Assembly (NCBI GenBank): GCA_037133435.1
Contig: JBAXOD010000002.1
Coordinates: 23,545-87,544 of the forward strand
Source of the DNA: Candidatus Moraniibacteriota bacterium
GTDB taxonomy: Bacteria > Patescibacteriota > Minisyncoccia > Moranbacterales > UBA1568
DNA: 64,000 nucleotides
Direction: 5' to 3'
Position 1 is the first letter of the stretch. Each line of letters opens with the position of its first letter. Shown piece after piece: positions 26,831-35,714 of this stretch. The position numbers and the translations under genes were made by a program. The notes beneath the pieces were generated by a model. That model did not search any database. It worked only from the letters and a program-made list of their open reading frames with translations, and was not told where the DNA came from.

Positions 26831-27628
26831 ATGTCCGCAAAGAAGATAAGCGAGCTGTTCGATTTCACGGGAAAGACGGTCGTCGTCACCGGTGGCGCCA
26901 ACGGTATCGGCTACGGCATCGCGCGACGATTCGCGGAAGCGGGTGCGAACGTGGTCATTTCGGATATCAACGAGGAGGTCGGCGTCGCCAAGGCCGAGTC
27001 GCTCGGTGCGGAATTCGGTGGCAAGACCCTGTTCGTGAAGACCGATGTCTCTTCGGAAGAAGACGTGAAGGCGCTCGTCGCCAAGACGAAAGAAACGTTC
27101 GGCAGCCTCGATGTCATGGTGAACAACGCGGGTATCTTCCCCACCTCGCCGGTCCTCGATATGGAAGTCGGTTTCTGGGACAAGGTGCAGGCCGTGAACG
27201 GTCGCGGCGTGTTCCTCGGTTGCCGTGAAGCCGCCAAGGTCATGATCGGACAGGGCGGCGGCTCAATCATCAACATCGCCTCGATCGACGCCTTGCATCC
27301 GAGCATGGTGGGACTCGCGGCCTATGACGCATCCAAGCACGGCGTCTGGGGCTTTACCAAGAACTTCGCGCTCGAGCTCGCTCCGCACAAGATCCGCGTG
27401 AACGCGATCGCTCCCGGGGGCGTGGCCACCGAAGGCGTCGCCGCCATGAGCTCAGGCGTGCCGGCCATGACGGACGAACAGATGAAGGCCTTCCTCAACG
27501 CCATCCCGATGGGACGTTATGCGGAGCCCGACGAGATGGCGACGGTCGCCCTCTTCCTCGCGAGCGACGCGGCGAACTATATGACCGGATCGATCGTCGT
27601 CGCCGACGGCGGCTCGCTCATCGCGTAA
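26831..27628 (+). CDS. Short-chain dehydrogenase/reductase
   Basis: TGGANGIG, NNAG, YDASK, IRVNAIAPG. Confidence 0.93.
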   Translation: MSAKKISELFDFTGKTVVVTGGANGIGYGIARRFAEAGANVVISDINEEVGVAKAESLGAEFGGKTLFVKTDVSSEEDVKALVAKTKETFGSLDVMVNNAGIFPTSPVLDMEVGFWDKVQAVNGRGVFLGCREAAKVMIGQGGGSIINIASIDALHPSMVGLAAYDASKHGVWGFTKNFALELAPHKIRVNAIAPGGVATEGVAAMSSGVPAMTDEQMKAFLNAIPMGRYAEPDEMATVALFLASDAANYMTGSIVVADGGSLIA

Positions 27629-27650
27629 GGTCGGGGCAAAAAAGCATACT

Positions 27651-27685
27651 GCCGGACCGGATCGTTTCCGGTCCGGTTTCGTTTT
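27651..27685 (+). terminator. Intrinsic terminator
   Basis: CCGGACCGGA-loop-TCCGGTCCGG then TTTCGTTTT. Confidence 0.7.
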
Positions 27686-27823
27686 GCGTTGACGTTCGTT
27701 TCACGGCATCTTGCCTGAAAATGAAAACGGATTATACTCTACGAGGTATACCCATACATAATCATTGACCGAAAGGATCGGAAACCGGGATATCCCTACT
27801 TGTTGAAAAGTCCCTCACAGAAA

Positions 27824-27885
27824 TGTCATTCCGGCCTACGAGCCGGAATCTATGCCTTGGATCCCGGGTCAGGCCCGGGATGACA
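27824..27885. repeat. Paired palindromic element of the GTCATTCC..GGAATC / GATCCC..GGGATGAC type
   Basis: Two head-to-head hairpin units closed by TGTCAT/ATGACA. Confidence 0.75.
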
Positions 27886-27961
27886 GCGTATTGTATATAT
27901 GCATTCTTGTTGTGTTTTCTTCAAAGTGCGGCATTCCACCTTTCCGAAAGAACCTACCGAT

Positions 27962-28987
27962 ATGGAAAACAAGAAAAAGATGCTCATAGAGCTCAATCGG
28001 AAGCATTCCGACATGTTCATGAGTCAGCGTCTGGAACGCGATCTGTATCTCGCGAATCACCCGACCAAGATCATCGCGTTCAAATGCATGGACGGACGTG
28101 TCCATATGCCGACCGTCACCCACACCCCGCTCGGCGTCATGCGCCCCTACCGGAATATCGGCGGCAAATTCGACCTCGGCTGGCCGCTTCTGAACGAATC
28201 GTTCGACCGGAGCGTCACGCGCGCGGTCACAAAGGGAAACCGTGTTCTGGTTCTCGTCACCTATCATTTTTCCGCGGGCGATACGCACCGTGGATGCGCC
28301 GGCTTCAAGTACGACTGCGAAGAATCAAAGCGTTCGACGGAACAGTTCCGCAAACAGATTCTGCGCGTCTACGGCGAGAACAACGGGGTCGTGTTCCCTA
28401 TCCTCGTCGGACTCGAGACGGACAAGGACGCGCTCATCTTTCACGGGGAACAGGGCGACATCATCGACGTCTCGACGATCACGGACGGGTCCGAGGACAA
28501 CCTGCACCAACTGTTCCGCGCGCTCTACCCCTCGATGCCCGATCGCATCCTCGCCGACCTCATTCCGCTCGTTTCCGGAAACCTGGCGCACGTGAACGAG
28601 ACGAAAAGCGGCAAGCCGGTGGAGGACCTCGTCCACGGCGAATGGATACTGGCGATCGGCAAGGGCTTCGACTGGCTGCATACCCCGAACATGGCGCTCA
28701 TCGTCGGGCCGTACGACCCGAACCTCGGCGAACCGATCACGACCGCGGCCGGCATCATCCGGTCCAACGTGAATGCGGGAAGGGCGGCCGGAGGATTCGT
28801 ACTGCTGTCGTCGGCCGTCTATGCCGACCCCGCGGAACGGAACCGGACGAAGGAACGCTCCCTCTACCTGAACCGGCTCTCCCAGGACATCATCCGGAAA
28901 AATTATCCGGAAATCGCGGATCTGATGCATTCGATGGCCGTCATCATGGACTCCGAAACGATGCGTATGGAATTGGTCGACGAATAG
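27962..28987 (+). CDS. Beta-class carbonic anhydrase, CsoSCA-like
   Basis: KCMDGR and YHFSAGDTHRGCAGF give Cys/His/Cys zinc ligands plus the Asp-Arg dyad. Confidence 0.75.
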   Translation: MENKKKMLIELNRKHSDMFMSQRLERDLYLANHPTKIIAFKCMDGRVHMPTVTHTPLGVMRPYRNIGGKFDLGWPLLNESFDRSVTRAVTKGNRVLVLVTYHFSAGDTHRGCAGFKYDCEESKRSTEQFRKQILRVYGENNGVVFPILVGLETDKDALIFHGEQGDIIDVSTITDGSEDNLHQLFRALYPSMPDRILADLIPLVSGNLAHVNETKSGKPVEDLVHGEWILAIGKGFDWLHTPNMALIVGPYDPNLGEPITTAAGIIRSNVNAGRAAGGFVLLSSAVYADPAERNRTKERSLYLNRLSQDIIRKNYPEIADLMHSMAVIMDSETMRMELVDE

Positions 28988-29097
28988 CGTTCGAGTCCCT
29001 TGACACGGAACTCCCGAAGGAGTACAAAAACAGGTAGCACAAGCCTGTTTTTGTTTTTTAAAAATCAGTAAACCACACGGCTCGGGAGGGCTGTCAT

Positions 29098-30183
29098 ATG
29101 TTTTGGGAAGGAGAAAAATATCCATGGGGCGACATGACGAATGAAGCAAGAATTAATCTGCTTCATTCGGAGGTTTTCCAAAAATACTCGGAAGAATACG
29201 TGAGCCATGAACCGACACGGAAAATGATACGGGAGAAGTATAATATCGCCGTTACATTCGTATTTTGTAGCGATCCGAGACTTCGCGACATTTTTTTCAA
29301 TCTCGTTCCGGGAGAATCCTGGTATAAACGAGGTATCGGAAGCATCGTGAACGATGCGGATCCTTTGTTCCGGGCTACATTCTCACGACTGCTCGACAAA
29401 CACGAAGTGAGACATTTGGATCACTTATATATCCAGACGTATCACTTCTCCAAAAGCGACGGTCAAAAATGCTGTGCTGGCCAGAAATATGATGCTGACA
29501 AAGCAAGGCTTTCGGGAGAATTCGAAACGGAAACGGCGCGAAGAATCTATCGCTTCAAAAGGTTCGTCTATCCGATCCTAATCGGAATCGAAACCGATCT
29601 TGGTGAAGCGATCATTCACGGGTACGACGGTTCGATGCTCAGAAGCTCGGAAATCGGATCAATGTCAGACGATGCGATCTATACTCGTCTTTATACCATG
29701 TTTCGGGATACGACGTTCAACAAGTCTTTACCGGAGAAACTAAAATACTATATCCTGGAGCGACTCATCAAAGGAAATGTGCGTTACATTTCGGAAGATC
29801 ATACCGAAACGAATGAAGTCCTGCAAAGACAACATCAGTTCGTACTCGGTATGGGAACGGGACTCTTCGCGTTTCCGGCTGGGCGTGTTCTCATCATCCC
29901 GCCGTTTCCCCTCGATAAGAAACTGGAGCTCATCAAAGGAGCTCGGTTGATCAGAAAAGTTTTCGATGCCGGTCGAATTAAGCACGAAAACGGATTCATC
30001 CTTTCGACCTCAACCATGTTCGACAATCCGGATGACTGGCCATGGGCAGCCGAAGAAACGCTTCGCTTCGCACGATTCGTGGATAAGACCATCAAAAAAG
30101 GAGCGAAAGATCTATATGAAAGAATGACGGTATTGCCGGTTATCATGAACCGTATCGACCGCATGACCACGATTATCGATTAG
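29098..30183 (+). CDS. Divergent paralog of the CsoSCA-like carbonic anhydrase
   Basis: FCSDPR, YHFSKSDGQKCCAG and YPILIGIETD align with the upstream gene; GGAGG RBS. Confidence 0.65.
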   Translation: MFWEGEKYPWGDMTNEARINLLHSEVFQKYSEEYVSHEPTRKMIREKYNIAVTFVFCSDPRLRDIFFNLVPGESWYKRGIGSIVNDADPLFRATFSRLLDKHEVRHLDHLYIQTYHFSKSDGQKCCAGQKYDADKARLSGEFETETARRIYRFKRFVYPILIGIETDLGEAIIHGYDGSMLRSSEIGSMSDDAIYTRLYTMFRDTTFNKSLPEKLKYYILERLIKGNVRYISEDHTETNEVLQRQHQFVLGMGTGLFAFPAGRVLIIPPFPLDKKLELIKGARLIRKVFDAGRIKHENGFILSTSTMFDNPDDWPWAAEETLRFARFVDKTIKKGAKDLYERMTVLPVIMNRIDRMTTIID

Positions 30184-30292
30184 ACCTTATCAACCGAAAG
30201 GGAACCAATGGTTCCCTTTCTTCTTATATCAGTCACTTTTCCTTTACAGCGGGCGTTTCGCGTGCTAGGCTTGGAATGCCTATTTTTCCCAT

Positions 30293-30865
30293 ATGGAAGG
30301 ACTGTTTTCCCCCTCATCCGCCGTTTTGTTCGCGCTCGGCGCCGCAGGGTTCGCCGTTTTTTCATTCGCGCTGTCGCTGTCGCTCTTCCTGCGGATCCGC
30401 CGGATGAAACGCGACCTCTCATCCTTCCTTTCCGGCAAGGACGGCAAGGATCTCGAAGAGCTCGTCCTCGGACAGGGAAAGGAGATCACGGCGATCAATG
30501 GCGAAATCAAGAATCTCTACGATGCCGCCGAGGAGCTCTATCTGCTCGGTCAGGAAAGCATCCATCGGACCGAGGTCGTCCGTTTCAATCCTTTCAAGGA
30601 AGTCGGCGGCAACCAGAGCTTCGTCATCGCGTTCCTCAACGGTCGCAACACCGGATTCGTCCTCTCCTCGCTCCACACGCGCGAAGGGACACGGGTCTAC
30701 GCGAAACCCGTGGTGAGCGGTGCCGAGACCGAGGGACATCCTCTCTCGAAGGAAGAAAAGTACGCCATCGGACTGGCCGCCAAGAAACGTATCGGCAAGG
30801 AGTCGACCGAACAGTCGGGGAAGAAACCGCTTCCGTCTAACAAAGCACTGAATACGACCGTATGA
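30293..30865 (+). CDS. DUF4446 family protein
   Basis: N-terminal TM; VVRFNPF...GGNQSF.IA.L.....G.VLSSLH.R..TRVYAKP. Confidence 0.8.
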   Translation: MEGLFSPSSAVLFALGAAGFAVFSFALSLSLFLRIRRMKRDLSSFLSGKDGKDLEELVLGQGKEITAINGEIKNLYDAAEELYLLGQESIHRTEVVRFNPFKEVGGNQSFVIAFLNGRNTGFVLSSLHTREGTRVYAKPVVSGAETEGHPLSKEEKYAIGLAAKKRIGKESTEQSGKKPLPSNKALNTTV

Positions 30866-32640
30866 ACGAGAACGAATCGGAAACCGTACCGAAAGTGGCC
30901 ATTCCGCCGACCATCACCGTGAAGGCGTTTTCCGATACCCTCGGACTGCCCGTCGCGCAGGTAATGACGGAACTCATGAAAAACGGCATCTTCGCGACCA
31001 TCAACGAGGAGATCGATTTCGATACCGCGAGCATCATCGCGACCGACCTCGGCATGGAGGCGGTCCCGGCCATCGAATCCGGCGATGCTGATAAGCCGCT
31101 CTCGCTCGAGGACATGCTTGACATCTGCGCGAAAGAAAAGAACTCGGACAAGCGCCTCGAGCCACGCGCACCGATCGTCACGATTCTCGGACATGTCGAC
31201 CACGGCAAGACCACGCTCCTCGACACGATCCGCAAGGCGAGCGTCGCGACCGGGGAAGCGGGTGGCATCACACAACATCTCGGCACCTATCAGGTCAAGA
31301 AGCGCGGCAAACTCATCACGTTCATCGACACCCCCGGACACGAGGCGTTTTCCGCGATGCGCAAGCGCGGCGTCTCTATCGCCGACATCGCCATCCTCGT
31401 CGTCGCGGCCGATGACGGCGTCCAGAAGCAGACCAAGGAAGTCATCACGTACCTCAAGGAGCGCGGACTCCCCATCATCGTGGCCATCAACAAGATCGAC
31501 AAGCCGGACGCGAATATCATGCGCATCAAGCAGGATCTTGCCGAGAATGACATCCTCATCGAAGAATGGGGCGGGAAAATCCTGTGCTCCGAGATCAGCG
31601 CGAAACAGAACGTCGGCATCGATTCACTGCTCGAAAACATCCTCCTCGTCAACGAGGTGGAAGAATTTTCCGCCGACGCGAAGCGCAGCGGACTCGCGGT
31701 CATCCTCGAATCGCACCTCGACAAGCAGAAGGGCCCAGTCGCCACGAGCCTGGTCCGGACCGGCACCCTCAAGGTCGGTCAGGACGTGATCGCCGGATCG
31801 GTCTTCGGCCGTATCCGTCATATGGAAAACTACGCCGGCAAGACCGTCGAATCCGCCGGTCCCTCGACGCCGGTCATCATCTACGGCTTCAGCGATACTC
31901 CGAAGGTGAACGACGTCGTTTCGGTCGCCAGCGGCAAGGCATCGGCACGGGTCCGTTCCGAACGGGCCCAGACGACCGCTAAGACCCTTATCAGGGCCAA
32001 ATCCGAGGAAGAAGGTGTCGAAGGTCCGAAGCGGCTTTCCTTCGTCCTCAAGGCGGATGTGGAAGGCTCGCTCGAGGCGATCGAACAGATTCTCGGTACC
32101 ATCGTCCACGACGAAGTCGCGCTCGAGGAGATTTCCTCCGGGGTCGGAGCCATCACCGAATCCGACGTGAAGATGGCGGAGAGCGCGGGGGCGGTCATCT
32201 TCGGATTCAACGTGGAACCGACCGCGGTCGCCCGACGCATGGCCGAAAAGAGCGGCACGGCGATCGAGAGCTTCGGAATCATTTATAAACTCGTCGACCG
32301 GGCGAAGGAGCGGCTGTCCGAGTTATTGCCGCCGGAAACGATACGCACCGATCTCGGCACCCTGTCCGTCCTCGCGGTCTTCAAGACCGGCAAACGCGAC
32401 CAGATCGTCGGCGGACGCGTCGGTAATGGAAAACTCTTCAAAGGTACGAAAGTCGACATCCGCCGCAAGGACGAGGTCGTCGGCACCGGTATCATCGTCA
32501 ATCTCCAGCAGAACAAACAGAACGTCGAGGAGGTCGGGCAGGGAAACGAATGTGGCGTCGTCTTCGAAGGCAATGCGAAAATCGCGGATGGGGATACGCT
32601 TCTCGTCTATCGCGAGGAAACGAAGCGCCGGACGCTCTAG
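30862..32640 (+). CDS. infB: Translation initiation factor IF-2
   Basis: [42 protein letters not shown]. Confidence 0.98.
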   Translation: MNENESETVPKVAIPPTITVKAFSDTLGLPVAQVMTELMKNGIFATINEEIDFDTASIIATDLGMEAVPAIESGDADKPLSLEDMLDICAKEKNSDKRLEPRAPIVTILGHVDHGKTTLLDTIRKASVATGEAGGITQHLGTYQVKKRGKLITFIDTPGHEAFSAMRKRGVSIADIAILVVAADDGVQKQTKEVITYLKERGLPIIVAINKIDKPDANIMRIKQDLAENDILIEEWGGKILCSEISAKQNVGIDSLLENILLVNEVEEFSADAKRSGLAVILESHLDKQKGPVATSLVRTGTLKVGQDVIAGSVFGRIRHMENYAGKTVESAGPSTPVIIYGFSDTPKVNDVVSVASGKASARVRSERAQTTAKTLIRAKSEEEGVEGPKRLSFVLKADVEGSLEAIEQILGTIVHDEVALEEISSGVGAITESDVKMAESAGAVIFGFNVEPTAVARRMAEKSGTAIESFGIIYKLVDRAKERLSELLPPETIRTDLGTLSVLAVFKTGKRDQIVGGRVGNGKLFKGTKVDIRRKDEVVGTGIIVNLQQNKQNVEEVGQGNECGVVFEGNAKIADGDTLLVYREETKRRTL

Positions 32641-32645
32641 ACTTA

Positions 32646-32800
32646 GAGCCTATCCGTCAGGGTCTCCGTCACGAGCCGTACGAGCTTCGAGCGAAAAGGC
32701 GGGTAACTTGCGGAGCCCTATCGAGATAAGGCGACAAGGGGTACGCGCGTGTACGCCGAAGATCATAGGCGCAGGAGGTATGTTCCTAACGGATAGGCTC
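32646..32800. mobile_element. MITE, copy 3 (155 bp) with TTA direct repeats
   Basis: TIRs as in the other copies; TTA at 32643-32645 and 32801-32803. Confidence 0.9.
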
Positions 32801-33015
32801 TTACATATAAGCATACCACGATTGCTTCTCGGTCAATTTTGCATTTTTTTCTGACACATGCTATCTGCACCGTATAATCCGTGGTAAATTGTTAGTTGTA
32901 CGCTTCTTGTTCAATGCTTTCTTCCCGCTCGTCCTTGCAAGCGGGTCCGCGCACGGAGATGTCGCGGATTATCTGTTGTAGGTTATCAGTGGTAAGTCGT
33001 TAGTCTTGCTTTCCT

Positions 33016-34530
33016 ATGGATTCTTCCGTCATCCCCGCACCGGTCCTCTCCGTCCTCGATGCCCTGAAATATGCCGGGTATCAGGGGCAGATCGTCGGCG
33101 GATGCGCGCGCGACCTGTTTCTCGGACGCGAACCGAAGGACTGGGATATCACGACCGATGCGAAACCGGAGGAGACGCTTTCCGTCTTCCCGGACAGTTT
33201 CTATGAGAACGATTTCGGGACGGTCGGCGTAAAAGTCGAGCCGTTCCACAAGGAAGGCCGTCCGGACCGCGAACACGACGTGATAGAAGTGACGACCTAT
33301 CGGACCGAATCCGGCTATTCGGACATGCGTCGGCCTGATCAGGTCGAATTCGTCCTATCGCTGTCCGAAGACCTTTCCCGGCGCGATTTCACGATGAACG
33401 CGATCGCGCTTCAGGTCAACGATCCGTCCCCGTCGCATACGGACCGGACCATCGACGTCATCGATCCGTTCCATGGCCAGGAAGACATCAACCGAAAGAT
33501 CATCCGGACGGTCGGCAACGCCGAACAACGCTTCGGCGAGGATGCACTGCGCATGATGCGGGCGATACGTTTCTCCTCCGAACTGGGCTCACCGGCTACG
33601 GAAGAAAGCGGATGGACGATCGAGGAACCGACGCTTGCGGCGATAGGAAAACACTCGGAACTGATCGCTCACGTCTCGCAGGAACGCATCCGCGACGAAT
33701 TATCGCGGATTATCCTCTCGGAGCGTCCGGCTGAAGGGGTCGAGCTGCTCCGGAGTGTCGGGTTGCTGAGATATATCATTCCAGAACTCGAGGAAGGCGT
33801 GGGTATCGGACAAAACCTCCATCATGCCCTTACCGTATACGAGCACAATCTCGGTGCGCTGCGATACTGCCCGTCGCGCGTGCTCGAAGTCAGGCTTGCG
33901 GCGCTGCTGCACGATGTCGGCAAACCCCGATCGAAGCGCGGCGACGGCTACAAGTCGACGTTCTACAATCACGACCATATCGGGGCCCGGATGACCAAGG
34001 TGATACTCCAAAGGCTTCGCTACCCCGTGGCCGTCATCGACCGGGTCACCCTGCTCGTGGACAACCATCTCTTCTATTACAATGTTGGCGAAGTGACCGA
34101 AGCCTCGGTTCGTCGGCTCATCCGACGCGTCGGCCTCGGGAACATGCGCGATCTTATGTCCGTCCGGATCGCGGATCGGCTCGGGTCGGGCGTCCCCAAA
34201 GCCAAACCGTATAAGTTGCGTCACTTGGAATACATGATCGAGAAGGTCTCAAACGACCCGGTCTCCGTCAAAATGCTCAAGATAAACGGCACGGATCTCA
34301 TGAACGACCTCAAAATGACGCCCGGACCGAAGATCGGCGCCGTGCTCGATGTCCTCCTTTCCGAAGTGATCGAAGATCCGTCACGTAACATCCGCGAGTC
34401 ACTCCTGGTACGCGCGAAAGAACTCTTCGAAGAGGATCTTTCTTCCCTTCGCGACCGCGCGAAAGACGTCATCGAGGAAAAACGCGAACAAGACGATAAG
34501 GGAATCAAAAACCGTCACAAGGTGGCGTAG
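33016..34530 (+). CDS. cca: tRNA nucleotidyltransferase (CCA-adding) with HD domain
   Basis: VGGCARD, DWDITT, EDLSRRDFTMNA, RFGEDALRMMRA, SQERI, LLHDVGK. Confidence 0.9.
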   Translation: MDSSVIPAPVLSVLDALKYAGYQGQIVGGCARDLFLGREPKDWDITTDAKPEETLSVFPDSFYENDFGTVGVKVEPFHKEGRPDREHDVIEVTTYRTESGYSDMRRPDQVEFVLSLSEDLSRRDFTMNAIALQVNDPSPSHTDRTIDVIDPFHGQEDINRKIIRTVGNAEQRFGEDALRMMRAIRFSSELGSPATEESGWTIEEPTLAAIGKHSELIAHVSQERIRDELSRIILSERPAEGVELLRSVGLLRYIIPELEEGVGIGQNLHHALTVYEHNLGALRYCPSRVLEVRLAALLHDVGKPRSKRGDGYKSTFYNHDHIGARMTKVILQRLRYPVAVIDRVTLLVDNHLFYYNVGEVTEASVRRLIRRVGLGNMRDLMSVRIADRLGSGVPKAKPYKLRHLEYMIEKVSNDPVSVKMLKINGTDLMNDLKMTPGPKIGAVLDVLLSEVIEDPSRNIRESLLVRAKELFEEDLSSLRDRAKDVIEEKREQDDKGIKNRHKVA

Positions 34531-34817
34531 AAAAAGATCAGTGAACAGGTAACAGATAAACATATATCAGGAAACGGGGGGATACATCGAGAACCGGCTG
34601 ATACCAGAGGAGAACAGCACTCGATACTCAATCACCCTGTTCTCATCATGTATACATTCCTGCAAATGACCGACCATTCCCGGTTCCCTTGTTCCTAGTT
34701 CTCCGTTCCCTGTTAACTGCTTTCCGTTATCTGATCGCCCCTTTCCTTTTTCCGATAACCTGCTAGAATGGAACCTGTTGTGATAAAGACGGATATTTCC
34801 CGAAACTGAGGGAAAAA

Positions 34818-34888
34818 CGGAGTGTGGTATAGTGGTATTACGCACGATTCGGGTTCGTGTAATCCGGGTTCGATTCCCGGCACTCCGA
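34818..34888 (+). tRNA. tRNA-Pro(CGG)
   Basis: CGGAGTG/CACTCCG acceptor stem, CACGA-TTCGGGT-TCGTG anticodon arm, CCGGG-TTCGATT-CCCGG. Confidence 0.95.
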
Positions 34889-35059
34889 CAAAATAGCACC
34901 GGAAATATACGGTTCTACGGGTTTACGAAGTATCCGGCGCATGCCGGACGATTATAGATTTCTATCCGGCTACCTCATATCCACGCGACAAGCATACCGT
35001 GGTTTCCCGGTACTCCGACGAATCAGGTGGTACAAAAAACGCATAAACATACCTCGCCT

Positions 35060-35374
35060 ATGAGGATTCTCGTCAATAACCCGTCCGAAAACGCGCTCAC
35101 ACTCATGCGGAGGGCGGGATACGTCTTTCAACGCAAGGAAGGCGACGAGATGAGTTTCGTCCGAGAGTTCGCCCGGTCGGGTTTCCCCCGGTTTCACGCG
35201 TATGTCAGGACCGAAACGGTCACTATAACGGTCAATTTCCATCTCGATGCGAAACGCGAGACCTACGGTGAATCGACGCGGCACCACGGTGAATACGAAG
35301 ATGACGGTCCTCTCGCGGAAGAGGCGAAACGGCTCTTGAAACTTTTCGGCGAAAGGGCGTCCGTGGTGAAATAA
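35060..35374 (+). CDS. Hypothetical protein
   Basis: 104-aa ORF between two tRNAs; protein-like motifs MRRAGY, FPRFHAY, NFHLD, HHGEY. Confidence 0.7.
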   Translation: MRILVNNPSENALTLMRRAGYVFQRKEGDEMSFVREFARSGFPRFHAYVRTETVTITVNFHLDAKRETYGESTRHHGEYEDDGPLAEEAKRLLKLFGERASVVK

Positions 35375-35382
35375 ACGCCGAT

Positions 35383-35471
35383 GCCGAGGTGGCGCCCGCC
35401 CGCAACGCTTCGCGTAGCGATGCGGGCAGGAAACTGGTAGACGCACCAGGTTTAGGTCCTGGCGGGAGCAA
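35383..35471 (+). pseudogene. 5' duplicate of tRNA-Leu(TAG) interrupted by a 36-bp palindrome
   Basis: GCCGAGGTGGCG, insert 35395-35430, then AAACTGGTAGACGCACCAGGTTTAGGTCCTGGCGGGAGCAA. Confidence 0.9.
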
Positions 35472-35483
35472 GAAACGTATATT

Positions 35484-35570
35484 GCCGAGGTGGCGAAATT
35501 GGTAGACGCACCAGGTTTAGGTCCTGGCGGGAGCAATCCCTTGGGAGTTCGAGTCTCCCCTTCGGCACCA
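35484..35570 (+). tRNA. tRNA-Leu(TAG)
   Basis: GCCGAGG/CTTCGGC acceptor stem, CCAGG-TTTAGGT-CCTGG anticodon arm, variable arm, GGGAG-TTCGAGT-CTCCC, encoded CCA. Confidence 0.96.
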
Positions 35571-35714
35571 TACGAAACCACCCTGCACCGTACGGTGCAG
35601 GGTGTTTCGATTCATCTTTCTCCGTCTTCCGCTTCGCCATACCGTATCCTTGGCGCAGGCGGATTCCCAACTCGTTAACACGTGAACTCGTTAACTGAAG
35701 AACTTACATGTTAC

